Shown in pieces: positions 1-9,551 of a DNA stretch of 64,000 bases. The notes under the pieces are model-generated. The model worked only from the letters and a program-made list of their open reading frames with translations, was not told the origin of the DNA and did not search any database. The DNA is from Candidatus Hydrogenedentes bacterium UBA2224. Its GTDB lineage: Bacteria > Hydrogenedentota > Hydrogenedentia > Hydrogenedentales > SLHB01. Where the stretch lies: contig DDYW01000181.1 of assembly GCA_002348185.1 (NCBI GenBank), positions 3,153 through 67,152 of the forward strand, written 5' to 3'. Position 1 is the stretch's first letter, and every line of letters begins with the position of its first letter. A program made the position numbers and the translations under genes.

Positions 1-1
1 C

Positions 2-1636
2 TTCAATCACGAGTTGCCCTCTCCCTGCCGCCTGCACCATTTCAAAGGCGGCGGAGCCGACAGGGAGGCGTACCGTCCGTATCACACCGACCTGGCCGCG
101 TCGACCACCAGCGCGCTGGGTGGCGCGGGAGGACGCGCTTCGGACAAAGACATGCCGTTCTTCAACATCGAGTGTGGAGGGCAAGGCATCGTCATGGCCG
201 TAGCCTGGCCGGGACAATGGGCCGCACGGTTCGTGCGCGACGACAAGAACGGGTTGTCCGTCATAGCCGGCCAGGAGAGCACGCGCTTCGTGTTGTATCC
301 GGGCGAGGAGGTCCGCACGCCGGGGATTGTGCTGCTGTTCTGGAAGGACGGGGACTGGATAGACGCGCAAAACCTGTGGCGGCACTGGATGATGGCCCAC
401 GGGATGCCCCGGCCGGGCGGGGAACTGCCCAAACCGATGCTATTGGCCTCGAGTTCGCGGGCGTATGAGGAGATGCACGGCGCCAACGAGCAGAACCAGA
501 TCATGTTCATCGACCGCTATCTCGAGGAAGGCCTCGACCTCGACTACTGGTGGATGGACGCGGGCTGGTATCCGTGCGAGGGGTCCTGGTCCAGGGTGGG
601 CACCTGGGAAGTCGATGCCACGCGGTTTCCGAACGGCTTCAAACCCATCAGCGACCACGCCCATGCCCGCGGTCTGAAGACCCTCGTATGGTTCGAGCCG
701 GAACGGGTCACGCCGGGCCGGTGGATTACGCTTAACCATCCCGAGTGGGTCCTCGGCGGGGCAAACGGCGGGCTGCTCAACCTCGGTGAGCCCGAGGTGC
801 GCGAATGGCTCACCAACCACGTTGACAAGCTGCTCACCGACAACGCCATTGACCTGTACCGGCAGGATTTCAACATGGAGCCCCTGCCCTTCTGGCAAGC
901 CCTGGACACGGAAGACCGCGTCGGCATGGCGGAAATCCGCCACGTCACGGGCTATCTGGCCTACTGGGATGAGTTGTTGCGGCGGCACCCGGGCATGTTG
1001 ATCGATACCTGCGCATCCGGTGGGAGGCGCAACGACCTCGAAACGCTTCGCCGGGCCGTGCCGTTGTGGCGCAGCGACTACGCCTACGAGCCCATCGGCC
1101 ACCAGGGCATGACTTACGGTCTCTCGTTCATCGTACCCTACCATGGGACGGGGACGGTGGCTCACGTCGATGCGCCGTACTACGGCGCAGGCAAAACGCC
1201 GGTCCAGCCGTACGCGTTCTGGAGCAACGCCTGCCCGAGCGTTGTCTGCGGGTTTGATCTGCGCATCCGGGACCTTGATTACGAGGCCTTGCGTACGCTC
1301 TTCCGGCAATGGCGCAGCATTGCGCCCTGTTATTACGGGGATTTTTATCCGCTCACGGAATACTCCGTCGAGCCGGCGGCGTGGATGGGCTGGCAGTTCA
1401 ACGCGCCGGAGACCGGGGGCGGTTTTGTGCAGGCGTTTCGCCGGCAGAAAAGCGATGTGCTGGGGATGCAGTTCCGCTTGCGCGGCCTGAAGCCCGAGGG
1501 CCGGTACACGGTCGAGTCCTTCAGCCAGGGCAAGACGGAAGAGTACACAGGCGCGCAACTGATGAACGAAGGGCTCAAGGTGTATATCGCAGAGATGCCC
1601 GGCTACGAGGTGGCCCGGTACGAGCTGAAACCGTAG
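2..1636 (+). CDS. GH36-like alpha-galactosidase (clan GH-D), 5' end truncated by window edge
   Basis: The frame is open from base 2 through listed ORF 14..1636. Motifs DYWWMDAGWY, LVWFEPERV, LYRQDFN and DTCASGGRRND fit GH36/GH27 (beta/alpha)8 catalytic domains. Only part of the N-terminal beta-sandwich is present, so the gene starts upstream of the window. Confidence 0.8.
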   Translation, partial: FNHELPSPCRLHHFKGGGADREAYRPYHTDLAASTTSALGGAGGRASDKDMPFFNIECGGQGIVMAVAWPGQWAARFVRDDKNGLSVIAGQESTRFVLYPGEEVRTPGIVLLFWKDGDWIDAQNLWRHWMMAHGMPRPGGELPKPMLLASSSRAYEEMHGANEQNQIMFIDRYLEEGLDLDYWWMDAGWYPCEGSWSRVGTWEVDATRFPNGFKPISDHAHARGLKTLVWFEPERVTPGRWITLNHPEWVLGGANGGLLNLGEPEVREWLTNHVDKLLTDNAIDLYRQDFNMEPLPFWQALDTEDRVGMAEIRHVTGYLAYWDELLRRHPGMLIDTCASGGRRNDLETLRRAVPLWRSDYAYEPIGHQGMTYGLSFIVPYHGTGTVAHVDAPYYGAGKTPVQPYAFWSNACPSVVCGFDLRIRDLDYEALRTLFRQWRSIAPCYYGDFYPLTEYSVEPAAWMGWQFNAPETGGGFVQAFRRQKSDVLGMQFRLRGLKPEGRYTVESFSQGKTEEYTGAQLMNEGLKVYIAEMPGYEVARYELKP

Positions 1637-1649
1637 GCGGCGCTTTTCG

Positions 1650-2831
1650 TCACGTTGTCGACAGAACCCTGAGCGCGAGCTCTGCCATGACGCCCATGCC
1701 CGTGCGCAGCGCCTTGTCGTTGAAATCGTAACAGGGGCTGTGCAGCGACGGGTACGGCACATCCGGCTCATTCGCCATGCCGAGAAAGAAGAACGCGCCC
1801 GGAACCTTCTCCAGATAACACGCGAAATCCTCGGCGATCATCTGCGGCTCCTTCAGAACCACGACATTGGCGGTTCCGATGGTCCGGCAGGCACTGTCAA
1901 TCAGCAACTCCGTCATGGCCGCGTCGTTCACGAGGGGAGGATAGGGTTTTTCGCCAAAACTGACCGACGCGGATGCGCGAAACGCCTGGGCCGTGTGGCG
2001 CGCAATGCGCCCGATCGCCTCGCGGAGGAGGGCGTCCGTCCCGGGATCAAAGCTCCGGATGGTGCCTTCGAGCAGCGCGGTATCGGGGATGATGTTGGTG
2101 GTGGTGCCAGCCTCGATATGCGCGACCGTCACGACGGCGGGCTGCCGGGGATCGACCTCCCGGCTGACGACGGTCTGCAGGGCCGTGGTGATGTGCGCCG
2201 CGACAATCACGGGATCGATCGCCGACGCTGGATCGGCGCCATGGCAGCCTCTTCCTTGAATCACCATGCGGAAAAAGTCCGCGCTGGCCATCAGGGGTCC
2301 GCTCTTGACGGCGATGGCGCCGGCCGGGAAGAGCGGCGAGCCGTGCAGGCCAAAGATGGCGTCGACGCCGTCCAGGGCGCCGTCCGCGATCATGTATCGG
2401 GCCCCTCCCCCCTGCTCTTCACCGGGCTGAAACAGGAGCCGCACGGTCCCCCGGAGCGCGTCGCGGCATTCGAGCAGCACACGAGCGGCGCCCAGCAGGT
2501 TCGCCGTATGGCCGTCATGCCCGCACGCGTGCATGCGGCCGGGTATGCGGGAGGCGTAGGGCAGGCCGGTCGCTTCCTCCACCTCCAGGCCATCGATGTC
2601 CGCGCGCAGCGCGATGGTCTTGCCGGGTTTCCCCGCAATCGACGCGACGATGCCCGTGCCCTTGCCGAGACCGGTCTGGTGCGGGATCCCCCACTGCGTC
2701 AATACGTCCGAAATCCGCCTGGACGTCCACGATTCCTGGAACCGGATCTCGGGATGTTCGTGGAGTTCATGCCGGAGGTCGATGATCTCCGGCAGAATCG
2801 TGTCGATGATCCTGCCTGTTGCGCTGCTCAT
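1650..2831 (-). CDS. M20D-family amidohydrolase (N-acyl-amino-acid / hippurate hydrolase-like)
   Basis: The internal ATG at 2831 of ORF 1650..3137 gives MSSATGRIIDTILPEIIDLRHELHEHPE. It has the metal-ligand motif HACGHDGH and a GLHGSP segment. The 102 upstream codons are Arg/Ser-rich junk that overlaps the end of the neighbouring gene. Confidence 0.85.
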   Translation of the reverse strand: MSSATGRIIDTILPEIIDLRHELHEHPEIRFQESWTSRRISDVLTQWGIPHQTGLGKGTGIVASIAGKPGKTIALRADIDGLEVEEATGLPYASRIPGRMHACGHDGHTANLLGAARVLLECRDALRGTVRLLFQPGEEQGGGARYMIADGALDGVDAIFGLHGSPLFPAGAIAVKSGPLMASADFFRMVIQGRGCHGADPASAIDPVIVAAHITTALQTVVSREVDPRQPAVVTVAHIEAGTTTNIIPDTALLEGTIRSFDPGTDALLREAIGRIARHTAQAFRASASVSFGEKPYPPLVNDAAMTELLIDSACRTIGTANVVVLKEPQMIAEDFACYLEKVPGAFFFLGMANEPDVPYPSLHSPCYDFNDKALRTGMGVMAELALRVLSTT

Positions 2832-2898
2832 TGCGGTGCCTCGATGATCCGTCGTGCCCTGTCGGGCCGACACCCGCCGGGAGAAGAGTATGCCCGGT

Positions 2899-5800
2899 CT
2901 AGAATTTGAGTTTCGTTCCGGGAAAGGCCGAGAGACTGATGGCCACGTTGAAATCCCAGCCCTGCGTACGGTCGCGGACCTGGAACGACCAGTCGAAACA
3001 CTTGAATCGTTTGCGGACCTCGTATTCCTGCTGATACAGCTCGCCGCGTTCGAGGTCGTAGCGGTGCTCAAACGCAAACGCCCATTCTTCGCTGAGTTTG
3101 TAGCGCGCGCCATAGAGGATTTCGCGGTTGAAGACATTGTCCTGAGTTTCGGTGTACGCGAAGCCCAGGCGGGCCCCGAAGCGTCCTCCCTGGGCCAGAT
3201 CGTCGTAGTAGAGATAGGACAGGATGCGGTCGTAATCGCCGTACACCGCGTTGTACCTGAAGGCCAGCTCGGGATCGTAGGGCTTCCCCATCATGTCCTC
3301 CCAGAACTGGAGGGCAAGCCGTTCAAAGAGATAGGGCTCATCCAGGTCGACATCATTGTCGATGCTGTGGTGTTCGGTGACGGTCAGGATGCCCCACCAC
3401 GGGCGCGGCCGGAGGTCCAGTTCCATTTCGTAGTCGGTGGAACTCCGAATCTCGTTCCAGAAATCGTTGCCGTGATACAGGGTCAGGCGCGCGGCCTGCC
3501 AGACGTCGCCCGTAAGGGCGTCGCGCGCAAACAGGATGTTCCCGATCTTGCCCTCGATGCGGCTCCGGCCATAGACGTTGTCGTAGGCGTCGAAACGGGG
3601 CGTCTCATCGACGTCCATGGTGGGTTCCGGACGATAGGAATACGTGAGCGACGGCACGATCACGTGCTTGAATCCTGAAAACCCGAGCGCCCCCGGATAT
3701 GCCCGATGGAACCGCGACTGCGCTGTGACGCCGACCGTGTTAGCGAACCGCGCGTCCGAATCTCCGCCGTCCACCGTGCGCGAATACCACGAGAGATCGG
3801 CCTCGTAGAACGGTACGACGCTGAGCACATCCGCGACATCCAGATCCAGGCTTGCACGGGCGACATTGGCCATGCGCCAGGCGCGGGTATCGGAAGGCTC
3901 GCGCTCGTTGAAACCGTCGATCGTGTCGAAACTGAGGTAGAGCCGTTGGGCGAGCTGCCGCTCAAGCAGATGGTAGGTCACTTCCGGAAGGCGTTCGGTT
4001 TCCGCGACAAAATCGCTGACGTTGTAGCGGAAGGTGCCTGTGGCCAGGTAGGTGGGGCGGGTGTAGGTGACGTTGGCGAAACTCCGCGGCTCCGTACGGT
4101 TCCGGTATTCGTTGTAGTAAAAGTCCTTGATGATGTCCTCATCATCCCAGTATTCCGTCTGCAGGAGCATGACCGTGTCTTCGGTCAGTTCATGACGGTG
4201 ATAGGCCTCGAAATAGCCCCGCTCCTCGGTAGTCGCCAGCGACCGGAATTCCCCTTTTCCCCGGAACAACGGGGAACTGGGCTTGGTCATGTAGTCGTAC
4301 TGGCCCTCGAGACCCAGTCCCACCCCTTCCTTCTCCGTCGGGATGAAACGGAACCCGAGGTCGGCGTTCCGGCTCAACGCGAAGCGCTGTCCGTAATTGA
4401 GATAGTAGCCGAGTTCGGCGGCGCGACCACTGTCGAAATCGATGTCGATCAGTTTGTCCAAACCGGGACGAAAGGTCCATTTCGGCCAATAGATGGGCGT
4501 CATGACCTTCCCGATCTGGAGGCGTCCTTTCCGGCCGACGACGACATTGTCCTCCAGAATCTCCATTTCTTTCAGGCGCAGCCGGAACGCCGGCGGGTCG
4601 CCCGGACAGGTGGTGACCCAGGCGTCGTGCGCGAGGACGCGTCCCGGCCCGGCCATTTCCAGGTCCTCGATCCCGAAATAGAGCACATCGAGCCGGCCGC
4701 GGACCTCCGCGGCGGCGCCGGTTTTCGTCGCGAAGTCGTATTCGGCGTGTTTGGCGCGCAACTCCCGGAAGGGTTCGGCCAGTTCGATGTTGTCGGCTTC
4801 GCCATACCCGAGCGTGTAGAGACGGCGGGCCTGTTCCTGCCCGGTGAGGTCCTGAGCCTCGATCAGGGGCATGATGTCTTCGTCGTACGCGGAAGGATAG
4901 CGGTAATAGAGCCGGTCGGCATCGAGCGACGACAAGTCCCGTTCCACGTGGCCGTCTTCGATCAGGATCTCCCGTTTTTCACGGTCCGCATCGAGCAGTT
5001 GAGCCCGAAACGCCGATTCGGCCCAATCCCACGACACGTTGCCCTGAAACGAGAGCCGCTGGAGCTTGCCATCCTCTCCGGGCGTGCCTTTAAAGCGGTC
5101 GGCCTTGACGCCGCGGAACTCGAGGGGCTGGCTCCAGTCCTGCTGTTCAAACGCGCCCTTGAAATTGGCAAAATCCCATCCGCGGGTAAAAGCCTCGCTC
5201 AGGGTGCCCGACCACGCGCCCGATAAGGGGGCTTCTTCGGGGGCCTCGCGAGTGAACTGCGGCGCGCCCGTCCCGAAACTGGCGATCGTGCGGGGCCGTT
5301 GCGCGTACGGGCTCGTGGCGGGCCCTCGGCCGTCCTCGGCGGTCTCCCCCTCACTCTGGGTCTCGGACGCGCTGGAAGGCTGTCTTTCCGGCTCCGAAAC
5401 CGCCTCCGGCCCGGGTTGGGTCTGGCTGTCCTGGGCGGTTTCCCGGGGCGTGACGGGTTGGGTTTCCTCTACACGCGCAACCGCAACGGGTGCTGTTTCA
5501 TCAGGAACGGGTTGTGGTTCCGTTGCCGTGCTTTCCTGGACCGGTTGCGCTTCGACCACCTCCGGCCCTCCGGAGCCTGGGCCCTCCTCAGGCGCCTGCT
5601 CCGGCGATTGCGTGGGCAGGGGCGTGGGCGGTTCGGGTGTAGCGGGCGCCGGCTCGCTCCGTGCCGGTTGCGGCGCTGGAGGGAGCGTCGGCTCGGGGGC
5701 AACCGGTTCAAGCGGCGTCAGTTCCTTCGGAGCAGATTGGACTTGCGCCACGGCCGCCGGCGCTCCCTTCAGCAGCCATGCGCCCTGGGCTGGCGCCACC

Positions 5801-6678
5801 AGGCCGACGAGTTCGCCTGAGCAGTCCACGCGCGTGGCGAGCGCGCCGACCGGAGTGCGCTCCACGCTGGCCAGGGCCGAATCCAGCTCCACCAGTACGT
5901 CGCCGACGAGGGCGACGATGCGCTCTCCAGATACGGAGACATCAGAGGCGGCAAGCTCCGACCGGGCGAGAACCTCGCCGGAGTGGCCGTCCACGCGCAG
6001 CAGCGCGGATTCGGTGGCTACCAGAAAGCTGCCGCCCGTTTCCGCCGCGATCGCGACGGGCGCAGCCGGGAGCTCCACGACCTTCCGGGAAACGGCGTCC
6101 AACCCCGTTGACAGCTCGAGGACGATCACTGCGGCGGGAAGACGCGTGGTTACGGCCAGCAGGGAATCCGAGAAGGCCACCGCGTTGGGAACATGGCCGA
6201 TATCTTCAATACGCGTCGCATTGCCGCTTTCCACATCGACCATCGTGATCGTGTCGGCAAGCCCATTGGCGACCGCAAAGGCGCTGTTTCCCGCGGGGGC
6301 GACCGCCGAGGCGCCCTCGCCGCACGCAAACGTTCCCTTAAGCGCCATGGACTGCGTATCGAAGACCATCACGCTCGCCGACAGCTTGTTGACGCAGGCG
6401 ACGAGGCGGCCATCGAGACTCAAGGCCAGAGCGACCGGCCCGCTGCCGGTACTGGCCGTCGCAATGGGGTCCCCCGAAGCGCTGAGTTTCCAGAGTTCCT
6501 CCCGCGCATAGGCCGCCACAAATACGACGCCGTTGGGGGCGTCCACGGCGATATCGCGGAGCGTGGTGTCGGCTGCATGCCGGTGAAAAGGCTCTTGCGC
6601 GGGGGCCCCAAAGGCCTGCAGCAGAGCCATCAGAAAGACAGTTGCTCCCGCGGTTTTTGCGCGTGTTGACGTGAACAC
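2899..6678 (-). CDS. lptD: LptD/OstA-like outer-membrane protein with N-terminal YVTN-type beta-propeller and Pro/Glu/Thr-rich spacer
   Basis: The GTG at 6678 gives a signal peptide (M)FTSTRAKTAGATVFLMALLQAFGAPAQE. Next come about 330 aa of propeller-like repeats (GSGPVALALSLDGRLVACVN, PNAVAFSDS), then about 200 aa of P/E/Q/T low complexity. An OstA-like segment follows (RLSFQGNVSWDW...IEDGHVERD). The last ~650 aa form an LptD-like barrel (ERLPEVTYHL, HVIVPSLTYSYRP...PRFDAYD) ending in KLKF. The start codon choice is uncertain. Confidence 0.7.
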   Translation of the reverse strand: MFTSTRAKTAGATVFLMALLQAFGAPAQEPFHRHAADTTLRDIAVDAPNGVVFVAAYAREELWKLSASGDPIATASTGSGPVALALSLDGRLVACVNKLSASVMVFDTQSMALKGTFACGEGASAVAPAGNSAFAVANGLADTITMVDVESGNATRIEDIGHVPNAVAFSDSLLAVTTRLPAAVIVLELSTGLDAVSRKVVELPAAPVAIAAETGGSFLVATESALLRVDGHSGEVLARSELAASDVSVSGERIVALVGDVLVELDSALASVERTPVGALATRVDCSGELVGLVAPAQGAWLLKGAPAAVAQVQSAPKELTPLEPVAPEPTLPPAPQPARSEPAPATPEPPTPLPTQSPEQAPEEGPGSGGPEVVEAQPVQESTATEPQPVPDETAPVAVARVEETQPVTPRETAQDSQTQPGPEAVSEPERQPSSASETQSEGETAEDGRGPATSPYAQRPRTIASFGTGAPQFTREAPEEAPLSGAWSGTLSEAFTRGWDFANFKGAFEQQDWSQPLEFRGVKADRFKGTPGEDGKLQRLSFQGNVSWDWAESAFRAQLLDADREKREILIEDGHVERDLSSLDADRLYYRYPSAYDEDIMPLIEAQDLTGQEQARRLYTLGYGEADNIELAEPFRELRAKHAEYDFATKTGAAAEVRGRLDVLYFGIEDLEMAGPGRVLAHDAWVTTCPGDPPAFRLRLKEMEILEDNVVVGRKGRLQIGKVMTPIYWPKWTFRPGLDKLIDIDFDSGRAAELGYYLNYGQRFALSRNADLGFRFIPTEKEGVGLGLEGQYDYMTKPSSPLFRGKGEFRSLATTEERGYFEAYHRHELTEDTVMLLQTEYWDDEDIIKDFYYNEYRNRTEPRSFANVTYTRPTYLATGTFRYNVSDFVAETERLPEVTYHLLERQLAQRLYLSFDTIDGFNEREPSDTRAWRMANVARASLDLDVADVLSVVPFYEADLSWYSRTVDGGDSDARFANTVGVTAQSRFHRAYPGALGFSGFKHVIVPSLTYSYRPEPTMDVDETPRFDAYDNVYGRSRIEGKIGNILFARDALTGDVWQAARLTLYHGNDFWNEIRSSTDYEMELDLRPRPWWGILTVTEHHSIDNDVDLDEPYLFERLALQFWEDMMGKPYDPELAFRYNAVYGDYDRILSYLYYDDLAQGGRFGARLGFAYTETQDNVFNREILYGARYKLSEEWAFAFEHRYDLERGELYQQEYEVRKRFKCFDWSFQVRDRTQGWDFNVAISLSAFPGTKLKF

Positions 6679-6682
6679 GGGA

Positions 6683-7027
6683 TCAGGTCTCCGGAAGGAT
6701 AAACCAGAAGGCGGCGACCGCCTTATGATCGCGGGCCTCCTCGGGGCTAAGCTCACGCGGGGCCACGGGTTTCTCCTCCGAAGACGCATTTTTCACGGGC
6801 GGCACGGACTCCTGGGCCTCCCGGGCTTCCGGGGGCGGGACAACGGGGACGCTCTCCCGGGGCGGCGGCGCCGGCGCCGGGGTTCTCGCCGGTTCTACCT
6901 GGCGGGGCTGCCCGTCGCGCTCAGACGCGGAGACGTCCGGAGTAAGGTCCGTGCTGGTGACGACCCCATCGTCCACCTGCCCCAGCACAAGCACGGCCAC
7001 CGTCGCAATCAGAAGTGCTTTAGTCAT
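6683..7027 (-). CDS. small secreted Pro/Glu-rich protein (hypothetical)
   Basis: The ATG at 7027 is preceded by GGGAGTGG. The signal peptide is MTKALLIATVAVLVLGQ and the rest is Pro/Glu-rich. The stop lies 5 nt upstream of the proposed LptD-like start. Confidence 0.5.
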   Translation of the reverse strand: MTKALLIATVAVLVLGQVDDGVVTSTDLTPDVSASERDGQPRQVEPARTPAPAPPPRESVPVVPPPEAREAQESVPPVKNASSEEKPVAPRELSPEEARDHKAVAAFWFILPET

Positions 7028-7073
7028 CGTTTCCACTCCCTGCCCCACATATTGAAGGGAAATGCGTCACGAA

Positions 7074-8009
7074 TCAAGCGCCGCGTTCCATGAAGGCGAT
7101 GGTGTCCTCCAGGGAGGTAATGGCCTCCGCCCCTCCCATATGCTGCACGGTAAGGCCGCCCACGGCATTGGCGAGTTGCCCGCTGCGATGCAGTCCCCAT
7201 CCGTTGACCAGACCGTAGAGAAAACCCGCGCAGGAGGCGTCCCCGGCACCCGTGGTGTCCACCACGTTGACTTTGTGCGCTTTCAGGTGATGCGACTCTT
7301 CGGCATCCTCGACGATCATGCCGTCGCCCCCGAGTTTCAGCATGACAGACCTGGCGCCAAACGACCGGAAAAACCGGACGATATCGCGCGGCTCCTGTTT
7401 CCCGGTGTAATACCGGGCTTCGTGCAGGCTTGACATGACCACATCAAGGTGAGGCAACGCGCCCTCGATCAGCGGAAACCAGGTGCCCGAGCCGTCAAAA
7501 CAGGTGTCCATCGAGGTCATCACGCCGGCCTCGCGCAATTCCTGGAAGACCTTCCCCATGCCTTCGCCGGTCAGACCGGGCGTGACGCCCGGCCCGCCCC
7601 AGTGAAACGCCTTCGCCTGTTTTGCCAAAGCCATATCGATCTCGCCCGGCACGGTTGTTCCGTTCGTTCCCAGATGGTGCAGGAACGTCCGTTCCCCCTG
7701 CGAGGTGACCAGGACGATCGTCGCGGAGGTGTGTTCCGATTTTTCCCGCCGCACGTGGGCCGTATCGACACCCGCATGGCCTAGCACGCCGACGATGTAG
7801 TCGCCAAACCCATCCGCGCCCAGTTTTCCGATCAGGGCCGATTTCCCGCCGAGCTGGGCAAACACCGTCGCCGTCACGGCGGCCAGACCGCCCAGGTGAA
7901 TTTCCAGCTCCGGCAGCAATTGCAGATGACCGGGTTCCGGATACTGATCCACCGGACGCGCAATCACATCCGCACACGCACAGCCCACAGTAATGAGTTC
8001 GAATTGCAT
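7074..8009 (-). CDS. PfkB-family carbohydrate kinase (ribokinase/fructokinase-like)
   Basis: N-terminal ELITVGCACADV and C-terminal PfkB signature DTTGAGDASCAGFLYGLVNG. The full-length 311 aa is typical of the family. Confidence 0.85.
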   Translation of the reverse strand: MQFELITVGCACADVIARPVDQYPEPGHLQLLPELEIHLGGLAAVTATVFAQLGGKSALIGKLGADGFGDYIVGVLGHAGVDTAHVRREKSEHTSATIVLVTSQGERTFLHHLGTNGTTVPGEIDMALAKQAKAFHWGGPGVTPGLTGEGMGKVFQELREAGVMTSMDTCFDGSGTWFPLIEGALPHLDVVMSSLHEARYYTGKQEPRDIVRFFRSFGARSVMLKLGGDGMIVEDAEESHHLKAHKVNVVDTTGAGDASCAGFLYGLVNGWGLHRSGQLANAVGGLTVQHMGGAEAITSLEDTIAFMERGA

Positions 8010-8323
8010 AACGGTACGTTCTCTCCCCTGCTCGAGCCTCTACCCGGAAACCACGAAGACCCAAGGCCAGGCACGCGGGCCAGGCATGTTCACAGCATCG
8101 CGGTTTGCACCCAGGCGAATGGACTGGAGTATATCATGACCGTTTCAGAGGCACAAAACGCCGTGGCATTCCGAATCGCGGAATATGGTGAGGAAATCTC
8201 CGCAAGGCCCATGCCGGTGGAGGCGGTATCGCACGGAGGTTTGCGGTTGCACAGATCTCTGGTGCGTCAACGGCGCGAATCGCCCCGGCGGTCATGGCCT
8301 TCTTGTCCACCTCGCGCACATTT

Positions 8324-8527
8324 CCGGCGCGCCAACGGCGCAATACATACCAGCCTGGCCTGAAGGGCCAGGAAAACGGATGTCCCAAACAAGGGAAGGG
8401 CTGAAAACCCGCGACATCTAGCTCCGAGGTCCGTATGTGCCGGTCCTTCAGACCGGAAGAAGTATGGGAGCGCCTCTACCCAGCCCTGCGGGCTGGGCTG
8501 GTATGTATTGCGCCTTCGGCGCTCCGG
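8324..8527. repeat. nested palindromic REP/BIME- or MITE-like element (or structured RNA)
   Basis: Arms 8324-8355 and 8496-8527 form a 32-nt inverted repeat (29/32 match, perfect 19-bp core GGCGCAATACATACCAGCC). Three internal GC hairpins have 5-nt loops: 8354-8372 CCTGGCC/tgaag/GGCCAGG, 8440-8456 CCGGTC/cttca/GACCGG and 8479-8497 CCCAGCC/ctgcg/GGCTGGG. The element lies in a 780-bp gap with no convincing CDS. Confidence 0.6.
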
Positions 8528-8789
8528 AAGGCAGAATGGCCTCGTGTTTCACCACGTGGGTGAGTCGACAAGAACTCCAGCGCCTGACGACGCAAGCGTC
8601 TGAGCAATCCGCCTTCGTGTTAGAGGGGGTTGAGGTGCATCTCTTCGCGGAATTTCCTTGATTTGGGGGTGATGTGCCCCTAGTATTCCGGTGTGTTGCA
8701 TCGAGGGAGGGCGCTGGGGGTCAATGTGTTCGCGAAGCCTCTTTCATCCGTCCCTCCCAGCGCCAGTGTCGGTCAAAAAGGAGAAGATC

Positions 8790-9551
8790 ATGCATCGTCG
8801 TTTTCTGCTCGCCATCGCCGGCCTTGTCGGTCTCGGCATGACGTTTGCCTCGAGCGCCAGAGAACTGGCCGAGATCGAGAACGAACTCTCGGCGCACTGG
8901 GAGAAGATCCGCACCTATTCCGCAAAGATCGAAATGAACGGCAAGGCCGCCCAGGGGGCGTCGACCATCGAGATGAACGGCAAAGGCAGTCTGGAAGGCA
9001 TGAAAAAAGATGCCACGATGCTGTACCGGATGGAGATGGACCAGACCATCTCCCTGGGCGCGAGCGAGATGCCGAACAAGATGCTGGTCGTGTATGACGG
9101 AGCCGATGTGTTTACACAGACCAGCATGCTGGGCCAGACCATGGTCTTCAAGTCAAAGCCCGAAGAGCAGTCGCAGGTCATGCCGGGCGGGGGCAGGGAA
9201 GCCTTCAAGCGGATGCACGAACAGTTCGAGATTAAGGTAATGCCGGACGACACGCTCAACGGCGAACCGGTGTATGTGCTGGAACTGCGCCCGAAGCAAA
9301 ACGTGACGCCCCAGCCCGGGACGCCGGCAAAGTCGCAGTTCGACAAGGCCCTGCTTTCGCTCTCCCAGAAAACCGGGTTTCCGCTCAAAATGCTCATGTT
9401 CGATGACGGAGAGAAACCCATCATGACCCTGGTCTACAAAGAGTACACGCTCGACCCCGAATTGGATGCCGCGCGCTTTGCTTACACCCCGCCGCCGGGC
9501 GCCATCGTGATGGACGCGGACAGTCTCAAGCAGCGGGGCGAGACCCCCTGA
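8790..9551 (+). CDS. LolA-like outer-membrane lipoprotein-sorting family protein
   Basis: The ATG at 8790 follows AAAAAGGAGAAGATC. The signal peptide is MHRRFLLAIAGLVGLGMTFASSA. The ~250-aa length and the C-terminal FAYTPPPGAIVMD pattern are typical of LolA-like/DUF-type sorting proteins. Confidence 0.6.
   Translation: MHRRFLLAIAGLVGLGMTFASSARELAEIENELSAHWEKIRTYSAKIEMNGKAAQGASTIEMNGKGSLEGMKKDATMLYRMEMDQTISLGASEMPNKMLVVYDGADVFTQTSMLGQTMVFKSKPEEQSQVMPGGGREAFKRMHEQFEIKVMPDDTLNGEPVYVLELRPKQNVTPQPGTPAKSQFDKALLSLSQKTGFPLKMLMFDDGEKPIMTLVYKEYTLDPELDAARFAYTPPPGAIVMDADSLKQRGETP

Noticed and set aside
5240-5800. Repetitive-looking GC-rich DNA, considered as a tandem repeat or CRISPR-like array
   Set aside because: There are no regular repeat-spacer units. 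It is in-frame low-complexity coding sequence for the Pro/Glu/Thr/Gln linker of the LptD-like protein.
5066-6511. 481-aa plus-strand Ser/Gly/Ala-rich ORF inside the LptD-like gene
   Set aside because: It is antisense to the propeller and linker part of the LptD-like gene. The low complexity mirrors the Pro/Glu-rich linker codons.
6683-6700. C-terminal ...FWFILPET* of the small secreted protein, considered as an LPxTG-type sorting signal
   Set aside because: There is no Gly, no following TM helix and no basic tail, and the organism is diderm. This is most likely coincidence.
8136-8363. 76-codon ORF (MTVSEAQNAVAFRIAEYGEEI...) with a GGAG 6 nt upstream
   Set aside because: The first ~25 aa look protein-like, but the remainder is Arg/Pro-rich and runs into the palindromic element. 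It may be a gene remnant, and there is not enough support to call a CDS or pseudogene.
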